Origin: the human T2T-CHM13v2.0 reference genome, Homo sapiens
Assembly: GCF_009914755.1 (NCBI RefSeq)
Contig: NC_060926.1
Length of the DNA: 64,000 nt
Reading direction: 5' to 3' (one strand)
Both the position numbers and the translations under genes were made by a program. Below the pieces are notes generated by a model. The model was not told where the DNA came from. It saw only the letters and a list, made by a program, of their open reading frames with translations, and ran no database searches. This document shows, one piece after another, positions 1-13,029 of this stretch (its first letter is position 1; each line of letters starts with the position of its first letter).

Positions 1-46
1 AAAGAAAAAAAGAAACCCCGGATTGTGTCCTCAGATTGTTTTACGT

Positions 47-756
<710 letters not shown>

Positions 757-959
757 TGAAGTCCAGAAAGCAAGTCATATTTCACTATTGTGGAGCACAG
801 TGCTTCGCACCACACTTATTATTCATTGAACTATTAATTGAAATTTGAATAATTGAAATTTGCTCATTTTGAAGACCCAGGGGCTGCAGTATTCATGTCA
901 ATCATTCTATATTTATTAAGTGCCCACTGTGTATAATAACAGCAACAACCTACCAAACC

Positions 960-1150
960 CTCAATATGAAGCAGACATTAAGCTAGTTGCTTTACATAGA
1001 TTTTCTCTAACCTACAGTACTACAAAAGGGAATTATTCTTCCTCTAATTTAAGACACTGAATTATTGTGAGATTAACTAACTTGCCCAAAGACATCCTCA
1101 AATGGATCATGGAGGCAGAGTAAGAACTTCTATGGCCCTGCTTTATCCAC
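960..1150 (-). mobile_element. MIR fragment
   Basis: 'gtgagattaactaacttgcccaaagacatc' is the reverse of the MIR core. Confidence 0.55.
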
Positions 1151-1269
1151 TCCAGTGCTCCCCAGAGTGGAGCACTAGCCCTCTGGCTGTGCTTCTATGT
1201 GTTTTCTGGAACAGATGAGCTACCTGAAAATCTCCCACCCACTGCCATCATGGTTTAGTTCCTGGCCAC

Positions 1270-1545
1270 CTTCAAGTCTTTGCTTAAATACTAGACCTTG
1301 TCTGATCACTCTATTTGAATTTTCAAACCCGCCCTTCCTCCCAGACCCAGCTCTCACTATTCCCTCTCTTGTTTAGTCTGCTCCCAAGCCTTGTCATTTT
1401 CTTTCTCCCCAACTAGAATGTACTAAGAATGGGGAATTGGTCTGCTTTATTCATTGCTACTTCCACCATGTTTAGAACAATGCCTTACGCATACTAGATA
1501 CTCAATAAATATTTATCAAATGGATGAATAAATGAATGATGGAAT
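1270..1545 (+). mobile_element. L2 3' end
   Basis: 'ctagaatgta...tagaacaatgcc...ctcaataaatatttatcaaatggatgaataaatgaatga' matches the L2 terminus. Confidence 0.75.
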
Positions 1546-1835
1546 GATATCTAGCACTACACAGGATGCTTTTAGATGAAACATGATCATTTATCATTTA
1601 TAAGTCTTTATTGTGTTCTATATTAGAAAAAGTTTAGCTAGCACATCAAAGCATGCTTTTGAAGTTATTGCTGGTACTGATATCATGCTTTCTTTTAAAA
1701 ACAAATATTTAAATGCTTTCTACCTTGGTCCGAGCAGCAGTTGTAGAGTCCATACATAAACAAAATTCACTGAGCACTGCACTTAAGATTAGTTCATTTT
1801 ACTCTGTGAAATTCCCCAATTTAAAAACAAAAAAT

Positions 1836-2138
1836 GGCCAGGATCTTGCCTGTAATCCCAGCACTTTGGGAGGCCAAGGTGGGCAGATCACTTGAGCCCA
1901 GGAGTTTGAGACAAGCCTGGACAATATAGTGAGAACTTGTCTCCACAAAAAATAGCCAGGAATGGTGGTGCATGTCTGTAGTCTCAGCTATTCAGGAGGC
2001 TGGGATGGGAGGATCACTTGAGCTGAGGAGATAGAGGTTGCGGTGAGCAGAGATTGCACCACTGCATTCCAGCCTGAGCAACAGAGGGAGACCCTGTCTC
2101 GAAAAGAAAAATAAATAAATAAAATTAAAATAAAAAAT
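1836..2138 (+). mobile_element. AluJ-like element
   Basis: 'ggccagg...tgtaatcccagcactttgggagg'; J-type 'ggaggatcacttgagc' and 'gagaccctgtctc'; A-rich tail. Confidence 0.9.
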
Positions 2139-2144
2139 ATTTTT

Positions 2145-2461
<317 letters not shown>

Positions 2462-3279
2462 TTAAATAAAACTATGGTAACGAAAGCTAATATAAATACA
2501 AATATTAAGCATTTGATACTTTGGACAGTGTCAGGAATGACAGAAATTTTGTAATCATGTTGCTACTACTTCAATGTCAAAGGGTTGTCAATAGAGAGAC
2601 AAATGATAATATATTGCCACAGGAGATATTTGTCGTCGGTATAATTTGGACAATAAGTGGCCTGTGACTTTACAGGAGAGGAAAACCCTGGCAGAGCACA
2701 GTGGTCAGGTGTAGGGGTGGGGCAGTTTGTCCGGGAGGGATGCGCCAGGCACAGGAGAGCAGGTGTCCTGGGGCAGCACCGCATGGCCATCTCAAGTCAG
2801 GCACTGAGGTGGGTACATGAAGTCACTGTTTCAGAACCCAACTTTTACATTCAATACACTCAGTGTTGCATCCAGCACGTTCCCAGGGGAAAGAAGAACA
2901 CCCGCTTCTTTCTGATCCTCACTGAATATCTAAAATCTGGATGCCATGTATCCCACCTTCTCTGTTCTGACATCAGGCCATGGGCAGCACTTCTTTTCTG
3001 GGACAAAAGCCCTTTGGAGATTGAGTGTTGTGGTGCCTTCATCTGCCTGTGGACTAAACACTGCTTGTTTTAGCAAAGGGACCCAGGGTAGAACACCCTG
3101 GTTGCCAGCACCATTTCTGATCTTCAGCTACCACAGAGAAAGCCATGAGATGGTTGAGCCACGAAGGCAAAATAGTCATTGCACAAGAGCAAGGAAGACA
3201 AAGTAAAATTCCTCTCTTTCGGCACTTTCTCTTCTAATGAGCAGCATCTCCTGGTTCACTAACTGTGGGGCGGAGAGCA

Positions 3280-3625
3280 CGGCCGCAGTAAATTGGAACA
3301 ATGATTGTGAAAGATACATTCTTTGCCATGCAAAGCCATTCACCAGGAGCTGGCGACAGCATAACACTCCTTTTACACAGACTCATCAAAGGCTCCAGAG
3401 TCAGTGCCCTTTTATTTAATTTGCATGACACTGGAGAGTTATTGACAAAAAATAATAATCAAGTGTTTCCCTTGAGACTGTCTTAGATTGTGTTCAATTA
3501 AAACTAGATATTCAGAGTTGGCACCTGGCTCAATCCGCCAAATGGCTTTTGTGCTTCTTGGCTGCACTCACACCAGGGGAGGAAACCGCTGGCAGGGGAA
3601 GTGAAGAGTACCATGAGTCACCCTC
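3280..3625. promoter_or_regulatory. Candidate enhancer (SOX/TCF/POU/AP-1 motif cluster)
   Basis: AACAATG 3297-3303, ATCAAAG 3385-3391, ATTTGCAT 3419-3426, TGAGTCA 3614-3620 in non-repetitive DNA; motif evidence only. Confidence 0.3.
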
Positions 3626-6399
3626 CGACAGCTGCCCTTTGAAGCCAGCTCCCTGGGCCACCTCCCCAGATGCACCTTCTGCCACACTGGTCTCCTTTCA
3701 TCTTGATTCAAGTCTGAGAGAAGAGAAAGTGTAACTTTCAAATATATTTGTGAAGAAAATGCAAGCTCATTATGAAAAGAAAAAGGAGGGTGAGGGGAGG
3801 ACTGGTTATACTTACAGCCACCTGATTGCTCCCAGTTTTTCAGGCTTAATTGTTTGGAGGAAGAAAAAAAGAGCAATTTAGAGGAAAAAAAAGAGAAAGA
3901 CAAAGCGTGCATTTTGCCATCTGTTTTAGCAAGAAATTCCTTTAGTCTGATGCAATCAATTACACTTGGGTTGTATTTTTTTTTAAAATTATGGGTACGT
4001 TAAGCTCTCTGGCAATGATTTTCCACCTTGTCTGACATTCTATTTACACATATCCAAGGAAACCCTATCGTAACTGACCTGAAAGCCCCAACTTTGCTAG
4101 AAAATGTGTCTTCCAAGGGGGTTTTGTTACTCTAGGTACCAGAAAGTGTTGGTTATCACACCTCCTCCATGAAGCCTGCTCTGGAGTCAGAAAAGTACAA
4201 TGAAGAATATTTCATTCTCCCACAATTATTTCATATTTATGTTTTTTCCTTTCAACATAAAGCTCCTTGAGGACAAGGGCAGCACGGCTTTGGCCATGAT
4301 GGGCTTCCCATCAACTGGTAGGAAGCCTCATGCCAGGGCTGTTTCATGGCTCTGCTGGAGCTTTTATTAAGTCCACCCACTCAACGCTATTGTTGAACCA
4401 ATTCTTGCAAAAGATTCCATGTTAACAGAAACAAATAAATGCGAAGTCCATCAGTTGATTCAGATTTTAAAACATATCTCACCAAACGGAACACAGACCT
4501 GGGGACAGTTAGATGCATCTGCAACTTGGTAGTGTAATTCCCTCTACTCACTATCTGCCATCACACACCAAATTTATTTTACACTCTTGGTTAAGTGGTC
4601 CCACGTTAATATGAGAACAGAATGGTCATATACGTATACATGCATGCACACATATATATGTATTATTTTGTAATCACATAAAATAATAAACGTACTTTAT
4701 TTTTAAAGGCACAGCTTCTATTTTTAAGATGTTTTAAAGTATTTCCATGCATAATTCAAAATTCATGGAGTTTTCATGAAGGACAAATAGTCAAAGGTAC
4801 AGCTAAAAGGCCAGTGGGGCACTGGGGGAATGTGTATATTTGGATTTTAAGATGTAGCGAGAACGAAATGATCAAGAGACCAAATTGAAAAACTATGTTT
4901 GACACCTTTTTTCCTTCCCCTGCTCTGAAAGCAGGGGATATCTAATTGCTTCTGTTTCCTCCAATAATAATCCCATAAATAACAAAAAGGCCTAGTGTGG
5001 CTCTATTCCCTCAGTATCAGATAACTATCTCGACTGTTTATGCAGTCGATGCATTAATTTTAGTGCGGGTTGGCTTTTTACTTCTTTGAAAAGAGCCTCG
5101 GACAAATCCTCTTTGTGCTTTGCATTGAGCTCGGCTTTGCAGCCAAAAGAAATTAGTAAAGTCTAGAACTTTGTTTTCAGAGTTTGTCAAGTTCTTTCCA
5201 GTGAAATCTTTTCTCCAGTTCCAGATGTTGCGGTTTATTGACTTCAGCTTCTATTTTCCTTCCATGTGAAAATGCCAACATCCCATTTGGAGATGACATG
5301 GAGAGCCAGAGGAGGGTAGACATAGCCAATCTGCTCAAAGGTGACCCTGAGGAGTTAACCACTGGTACTGGTATGGCAATTTAGGTTGAATCATTATATA
5401 GATATATTAACTTTTCAAAATTATTTCTTCTGATAACAGCATTTAACATAAACTTGGTTTATTTTATGTTCTGCCTGGACGAACTGAGATGAAGAAGTGG
5501 GGTAAATTGGAAATTACTGTATTACAATCAAAATATCCAGATTATTGGGCAAATGTTAATTTGAGGCTCCAACTTTTCAGGGAATGGTCATTTTCCACTT
5601 CTCTGTGTGTAACACAAACAGAAGTATGTGCAACAACCAGTGAGACCAGAACCAACTCAGCTGACCCAGAGTGACATGTTTTAGCTGTGAGGTTGATTTG
5701 CAGTATATAATAAGAGACACAAGCTCACTGCAGCAAAATATGGCTACTCTGTTCTCATATTAACATATGACCGCTTAACCAAGAGTATAAAATAAATTTG
5801 AATTTCTCTATGCTCCTTTAAATGTCCAGGGGCAATATTGTCTTCCACTGGGACATACACAAAATATAACTTGAAAAGAAGTAAATTATTGAAAAAGCAT
5901 TGGTGAATTTATTCAAAGAGTAAAGTTCTTTGAAGTCTGACTTTTTCTAGTTTAATATTCTACAACTCTTAAGCGTGGTTTATTGTACATGTATTTTATA
6001 AATGTATATAAATATATGTGTCTATCTTTACATACATATATATGTCTGTCTTACTTTCATAGTTTTTTTATGAACTGTTCCTACTTTGATATCTTGATTG
6101 TACTAGCCTTATTTTCATCATCAAGCTAGAATATTAGCATTCTTGTCCTCTTTGAGGGTATTTTCTGAAGATCACCACCTGCAAGCTTTTTAGGAGGTGC
6201 CATCGGTACTCTTTCTGACATTTTAATAAATAGGAAAATAAATGCTGCCCACCAAATTCCCTAATGTCAACACTTACCTCATCTAAAATGAATGAGTCAG
6301 TTTTCATAGATCTCACGGCATGTGCTGAGAACCTACATTTTTCCCCACATCAATGTGCCCAACTTCTTTTCTCTTCAGGCTTTAGTCTTAGGAACTATA

Positions 6400-6501
6400 A
6401 CTCACTTTGCTTCTCTGTGCCTCAGTTTCCTTATCTGTAATATGAGGAGGGTGGGCTTAATGACTGCTAAATTGTCATTCAGTTACAAGTTTCTATGATT
6501 C
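6400..6501 (+). mobile_element. MIR3/MIRb fragment
   Basis: 'ctctgtgcctcagtttccttatctgtaa...tttctatgattc'. Confidence 0.7.
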
Positions 6502-6511
6502 AAGAATTTCT

Positions 6512-6712
6512 GTAAGTTTTCCAGTTCTGGGAATTGCCCTCGTCTTTATCAGAAAGCTCATGAGTAATCCACCCCTTGTTTAGCATATAATCAAGAAGTA
6601 ACAATAAGTATAATCAGCTGAGCGGCATAAGTTGCTGCTCTGCCTATGGAGTAGCCATTCTTTATTCCTTCACTTTCTTAATAAACTTGCTTTTGCTTTG
6701 AAAAGAAAAAAA
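6512..6712 (+). mobile_element. MER41-family (ERV1) LTR U3-R fragment ending in a poly-A tail, flanked by a 10-bp direct repeat
   Basis: 'taatccaccccttgtttagcatataatcaag...gctgctctgcctatggagtagccattcttttattccttcactttcttaataaacttgctt' matches MER41; A-tail from 6701; aagaatttct at 6502-6511 and 6713-6722. Confidence 0.8.
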
Positions 6713-6784
6713 AAGAATTTCTAGTTTTAGTTTCTTCATCTGTAAAAGAAGAAGGTGGAACTATGTGTGGGTTTTTTGTTTCCT

Positions 6785-7100
6785 TTTAATTATTATGAAA
6801 GTAATATTTGCTTGTTGAAAAAAATCAAACAGCACATGATTCTATAAAATAATATGGTAGAGTTTCCCCCTCTTTTCTCTTATTTTATTCACCTCCTCAA
6901 ACTATGTCCCAGCGATAACTACTGTTCAGATTTTTGTTATAATTCCAAACATATATAGGCTTATTCAAACAGTTTTGATTATATTATATTTTTAAATTAT
7001 ACGTTTAAATTCAAATTAAATTATGTAGCACACTTCCCTGATTTCTTTTTTAAAACAAAATATGATAAACACCTTCCCATGACGATGCATATTAGGCATA

Positions 7101-7146
<46 letters not shown>

Positions 7147-7400
7147 AGACGGAGTCTCGCTCTGTCACCCAGGCCAGAGTGCAGTGGCGGGATCTCGGCT
7201 CTGCAAGCTCCGCCTCCCGGGTTCACACCATTCTCCTGCCTCAGCCTCCCAAGTAGCTGGGACTACAGATGCCCGCCACCACGCCTGGCTAATTTTTTGG
7301 GCATACCTCCTTTTTAACAGCTATATAGTGTTCCATTGAATGGCTACGCTTAATTTATTTGTTACCTTCTATTGAAAACATTTAAATTGTTTATTTTTAC
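6785..7400 (-). mobile_element. Ancient L1ME-type 3' fragment, interrupted by AluY
   Basis: 'gataactactgtt' and 'tttttaacagctatatagtgttccattgaatgg...aatttattt' are typical of L1ME 3' ends. Confidence 0.5.
7105..7298 (-). mobile_element. 5'-truncated AluY (right monomer) with 41-nt pure A-tail
   Basis: 'gcaagctccgcctcccgggttcacaccattc' (Y-type); TSD ggcatacctc at 7095-7104 and 7300-7309, followed by TTTTT/AA. Confidence 0.92.
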
Positions 7401-7418
7401 TTGAAATAGGTAATTTCT

Positions 7419-7977
7419 TTTTTTTTGCTGGTTTTCTTTTTTATTGTTATTATACTTTAAGTTCTAGGGTGCATGTGCACAACATGCATGTTTGTTACAT
7501 GTATATACATGTGCCATGTTGGTGTGCTGCACCCATTAACTCGTCATTTACATTAGGTATATCTCCTAATGCTATCCCTCCCGCCTCCCCCCACCCCACG
7601 ACAGGCCCTGGTGTGTGATGTTCCCCACCCTGTGTCCAAGTGTTCTCATTGTTCAATTCCCACCTATGAGTGAGAACATGTGGTGTTTGGTTTTCTGTCC
7701 TTGCGATAGTTTGCTGAGAATGATGGTTTCCAGCTTCATCTATGTCCCTACAAAAGACATGAACTCATCCTTTTTATGGCTGCATATTATTCCATGGTGT
7801 ATATGTGCCACATTTTCTTAATCCAGTCTATCATTGATGGACATTTGGGTTGGTTCCAAGTCTTTGCTATTGCGAATAGTGCTGCAATAAACGTACGTGT
7901 GCATGTGTCTTTATAGTAGCATGATTTATAATCCTTTGGGTATATACCCAGTAATGGGATGGCTGGGTCAAATGGTA
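7419..7977 (-). mobile_element. 5'-truncated L1PA (PA4-6, PA5-like) 3' end
   Basis: 'tatactttaagttctagggt...ccccaccctgtgtccaagtgttctc'; TSD tgaaata(g/a)gtaat(t/a)tct at 7402-7418 and 7978-7994 (15/17). Confidence 0.92.
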
Positions 7978-8559
7978 TGAAATAAGTAATATCTAAGGTT
8001 TATTTAGTGTTAAGATTCTATAGTCACAAGTCTATTGATTATTTCCTTGCAAGATTTGCTTTCATTCAACAAATATTTAAGGGTATATATTGTGTGTCAG
8101 AAACTACTTTTTTACAACTCCAAATGAATGAATTATGAAGAATCAATTTGAATAAGCTGTGTTTAATGCATTTCCCATATGCAAGCAAACCCAATTCCAG
8201 TGCATACTATAGGCAGGAAAGAAATAGACAATGGGCAACAAGGAGATATGCAGAAGTTACAGCTATCCGTGGTCTATCCTGGAAGGATAGGCATTTAGTT
8301 TTCTTTAAGAAATGTGTAGAGATCCTTCTGTAATTCTTCTTCTAGTGTCTAAAATTACTCCACCAAAATAGCCCCAAATCTTAAATTTTGCCATCGTATC
8401 TCCTTGAAGGAAAGTAAATTCTAAAGGGTAATGCTATGTGTATTCTTAGGGCATGTCTTTTTGATTAGTTTATTTTTATAGCACCTTAGTATAAGGTGAT
8501 ATTGCCTTGGAAAGACCATGATCATTGTTATTAATATCATATCATTATTAAGAATGAGA

Positions 8560-8690
8560 CTAATATTCATTACAGAGTGGTTAGTCACCATGTGGCAGTA
8601 CTAAGTGCTTTGCATTCATTTTTGGGAATCCTTATAACTTGCCTGCAAGATAGATATCAATGCTTCTATTGTACAGAGTGGGAGAAAGTA
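8560..8690 (-). mobile_element. MIR fragment
   Basis: 'caccatgtggcagtactaagtgctttgcattcat...aatccttataac' is the reverse MIR 3' half. Confidence 0.6.
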
Positions 8691-9830
8691 GGGAAGCCAA
8701 GATACCTCCAACACTCGTTTTTCTCCTCACTGAGTCGCTCCAATGCCACTTTGAGTATATGAAACGCAAGCTGTCTATAAAAACATAACTGGAAATTAAA
8801 AAGGAAAACCAGAAGGACTTTAGGTAATGGAGAGAACTTAGAAAAGATCCATGATTGGATTAACATATAATGTACTTTGAAAACTATTAAACTATCAACC
8901 ACCTCTTCCCCTTTGTAACACCCTAAGTTGAGATATTCTAGTTGCTTCAGCATGCAGTTTGCACAATCTTGGTTTTCAAGCAACTAGATTTTAGTTTTGT
9001 TTTGTTTTGCAGTCATTGAATAACTCTTTTATGTAATAAGTGAAGATTATCCATCTTCCAACCTAATTATAAAACAGCATCCTGCACTATCCTTTGTTGT
9101 AAATACATTTCTTTATATGTCACTCAACATTCAATTATCCACATAAGGATTATTCATGTCAGAATTGTCACCTGCTAATGTTTAATTTCCAAATGAATTT
9201 CCCCTGCTGACCAGGGTGGCCTTTCCTGCCATCCATGAGTATCGGTTCAGAAAGTCAAGATAATATTGACAATAATGTGCATAGGATCTAATTAAAAGAC
9301 ATACCTCTGCTGCTGCAAAAGCAAACAAACACACAAACATATGATACCTCCTGAGGCCAAACAACAATGATTTTGGGATTATCTGTTGCTTTGGATTTTC
9401 TGCATTACCACGCCCTCCCACTGGCACGCAGAATTGAAAACCGGCTGCCCGACATGTTTGCAATGACTGTTTTAGGAGTGAAGCTGTTGATTAGCAAAGG
9501 ACTGTTGTCATAGCACATGTCAATCTTTGTAATTATCATATTTTCTTACAACAAGTTCTACAGCTGCTAGTCTATGGCTCATTTGTCTCTAAAAACTTGA
9601 GAAATAATTGCTTTCACTCAGGAGTTTACAAGAGCAGAACTATTAGAGTCCATACGATTAGATACTATGCATTTTCCAGATGATAATCAAATCATGACCT
9701 GAAGGGAATTTTAGATCTTCTGAAGCCATAAGCAACTACTCTCTTATGAAGGCATATGTAACTAATGGAACCAGAACCTTCAAAGCCAAATTACCCCAGC
9801 CCCTCCACAAGAGAATATTCTGGTAAATAA

Positions 9831-10205
<375 letters not shown>

Positions 10206-11189
10206 TGGCCTTACATTTTCTATGAGCAAAAAAAAAAAAAAAAGTGAACTGTTCTCACTCAAGAAGAAATACTCAGTTACCTGAGTGGTAACTATCTCAG
10301 TAGACCCATCAAGCAAAGACATGTCTGGCAACAATGCCAGACCTTTCTACCTAAAAGAGAGAGGTTTTGGTCCTTGTGAATGGACCACATAGCCCAGAGC
10401 AAGCAGAAAGTGCCAAGGTTCATTTCCATCTTTTGTGCAATCTTTAGAATGCATACAAAGCTTGTATTCTACTCCATAGTGTTTAAGTTAACTTAAAATT
10501 GCTTTTTCCTCTTAAAATTTTGAATTAAAATGATGCCCTGAGGTGACTCAGGGCATTTATCCTGTAGTTGCCCATACCACCTGGTGCACAACCTCATTTA
10601 CCACCTACAGGTCTGAGGACCCAAAGTCATCACACAGAGGTCTTTATAAACCCCTTTCTAATAATACAGTTTCAGATATCAATTTGGGCAGCAAAGAGAG
10701 ACATCACCAGGACCCAAGATGCACACAAACACAGGTGCCAGTATTGTGATTTCCTGGTTCTCAGCTGTAGGGAAGGCAAGATTTCTGATTGTTCCTTTTA
10801 CTGAAGACTGTCTGGGGATCACAGTATTGAGGATGCATTTGCACCTGGTCTGAAGGTTGTCCAGGATCCTGGGACTCTTCTTATTTGTCTGCTTTTTGTG
10901 GTAGAGTCTGGCCAGAGCCTACTCTCTCCTTCCTCCTTTGGTCTATCCACCAACCAGGTCAATGATCATGAGACAGGGGTTCAAAGCCTTCAGGCAAAGG
11001 AGGAGCAGCCAGTTCCTTAGAGTAACCCCAGAATTTTCCTCCATTTCTCTGAGCCCTTACTACAGATGTTGTTTTCAGAATAAATACAATTTTTAGTCAC
11101 TTTCTAAATTTTGAGTTTCTTCACATTTTAGTTGTTATATAATACCTTTGTTGTACAACCCTTTCTTCCTGCCATTTCTCTCTAGAAAA

Positions 11190-11525
11190 CTTAACTCGAC
11201 CCATGAGCACAAGTGTCACCTGCAGGCCGATGTCTCCCAGAGAGCACATCCAGCCCAAATCTCCCATTGCTCTCCTAGAATCACATTTCCAGTTACTACC
11301 TGAGTGCCTCTCTTGCACCTCAAGAACAGCACCTCTCTATCTAGCTTTTCTGCTCAAGTCAGCTCCTCCTCCTCCTGATTTTCTCTTTCTCTAAGTAATC
11401 ATTCCCTCAGCTACCCAGGGCAAGAAAACCAGGGTCTTGACATACCCAACTCTTCATCACACCAGCAGCCAGCCCCATGCCTAGCACATAGTAGGTACTC
11501 AGTAAATATTTGTTAACTGAATGAA
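11190..11525 (+). mobile_element. L2 fragments
   Basis: Ends 'atgcctagcacatagtaggtactcagtaaatatttgttaactgaatgaa'. Confidence 0.65.
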
Positions 11526-11572
11526 CACATATATGTACGTACACACATATGTATGGACACATATGTGTACAT

Positions 11573-11699
11573 TGATTTTATTTTAAAAATTAATTCAATA
11601 TCATTTGCAAAAATGCAAAATAAAGCAATGTTTCTATTGCCTATAATCAGATGAAATAAAATACACCAAATTGCTAATGTTCTGAATAAACTTGCAACA
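11573..11699 (+). repeat. Copy A of a dispersed ~127-bp direct duplication
   Basis: Manual alignment to 12600-12739: 13 mismatches in 127 aligned bases plus a 13-bp indel. Confidence 0.9.
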
Positions 11700-12599
11700 T
11701 TTACAACAGCCAATGAGAAAAATTTAGAAGACATAGAAGGAGTTAAAGATAATTAGAAGTTTTAACTAACAGCCAATCCATTGGTTTAATTGAATACCTA
11801 CTATTCTCTACTGAGTATCTCCTGTGCATCCAGCAGATGCTCAGATCAACAGGAAATAGAGGAGCTGGGTAAGATGTGATTTCTGCCCTTTAAGAATCTA
11901 ATTGGGAATAGAAAACTATCCACTTGAAACAACCCTGATCAATACAAGCCATGACGTGCCAAAGGGTTAAATCTGTGGCACAGACTCTGAGCACATAGAA
12001 GTTATAGGTTTCAGAAACCCCACATGGGAACAGAAAGCATTAGTCAGCATCAGAAGATGGCTTTCTGGGAGCTGTGAGAATATGAAGAATGGTCAGAGGG
12101 CAAGACTGAGAAAAAAGAAGGAATAAGACATTCCAAAAGAAGAGCTAAGGAGAAAAGCTGGGTTCAAAATGCAGACACAGGCCTGGGCATGGGATGGCAT
12201 GTGGGGAGAAGTTCACAGGACAGAGAAACCGGCTAAACAAGTCCATTTCAGCTCTAAGTCAGCCTGTTGGTGATATTATAGGGTAAACCTACTTGGACCA
12301 GATGACCAGCCTGTTTGGAGGACATGTGGAAATCTCATGATCTCTGTAACAAGTAGATATATAATGGCTGCTTTATTTCCAAAAAAATTACACATCATAT
12401 CATATTCTCTCCCTATAAAACTCTAAAATCCTCTGTAAAGAGAAAACATTGACTATAGACATCATGATTCCCTCAGTTAATACCAGGCATTATTTAGGCA
12501 CTTGGGAGTGTATATCATGTCTCAGGCCAGCATTAAAATATTGCCATAATGTGTCAAGAGACTTCATGGCAATCTGAATGTTGACGAGCCAACAAAGAG

Positions 12600-12739
12600 T
12601 GATTTTATTCAAAAAATTAGTTGAATATCATTTGCAAAAATGTAAAATAAAACAAGGGGAGTTGATGTTGTTTCTATTGCCTATTGTCAAATGAAATAAA
12701 ATACGCCAAATTGCTAATGTTCTTAATAAACCTGCCACA
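12600..12739 (+). repeat. Copy B of a dispersed ~127-bp direct duplication
   Basis: As copy A; carries the extra 'ggggagttgatgt'. Confidence 0.9.
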
Positions 12740-13029
12740 AGGTTGGTTTTCTGTTAGAATTGTAAAAAAAAAATGGAGTATAACTTAGAAGGATCAGCAG
12801 AAAGGGGTTATGATCCTATTGGTTCAATTGTACACTTCTCTTGTATGTATTTTCCAGCATTACATTTGACTGAAAGACAACTTTGACATCAAAAAACAAT
12901 TACTCTTCCAATCTCTCAATTTGTTCTTTGGAAATGTTTTCTATCTCCCCCAGCCACTCCCTCTTTGTCTTAGTCATCATGACTTCCAGTTAATTGGTTC
13001 AATCTCTGAACAAAGCCCAGCCCTGCTGG

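Noticed and set aside
3566-3584. CTCF-like CACCAGGGGGAG
   Set aside because: Mismatches at key core positions; too weak without ChIP data.
2566-3912. Cluster of overlapping 60-138-aa ORFs
   Set aside because: No recognisable domain; consistent with locally higher GC reducing stop frequency; no convincing exon boundaries.
5030-5049. Hairpin tcgactg-tttatg-cagtcga (a similar 8-bp stem lies at ~1154-1176)
   Set aside because: Stems of 7-8 bp are expected by chance in 64 kb; too short for a pre-miRNA.
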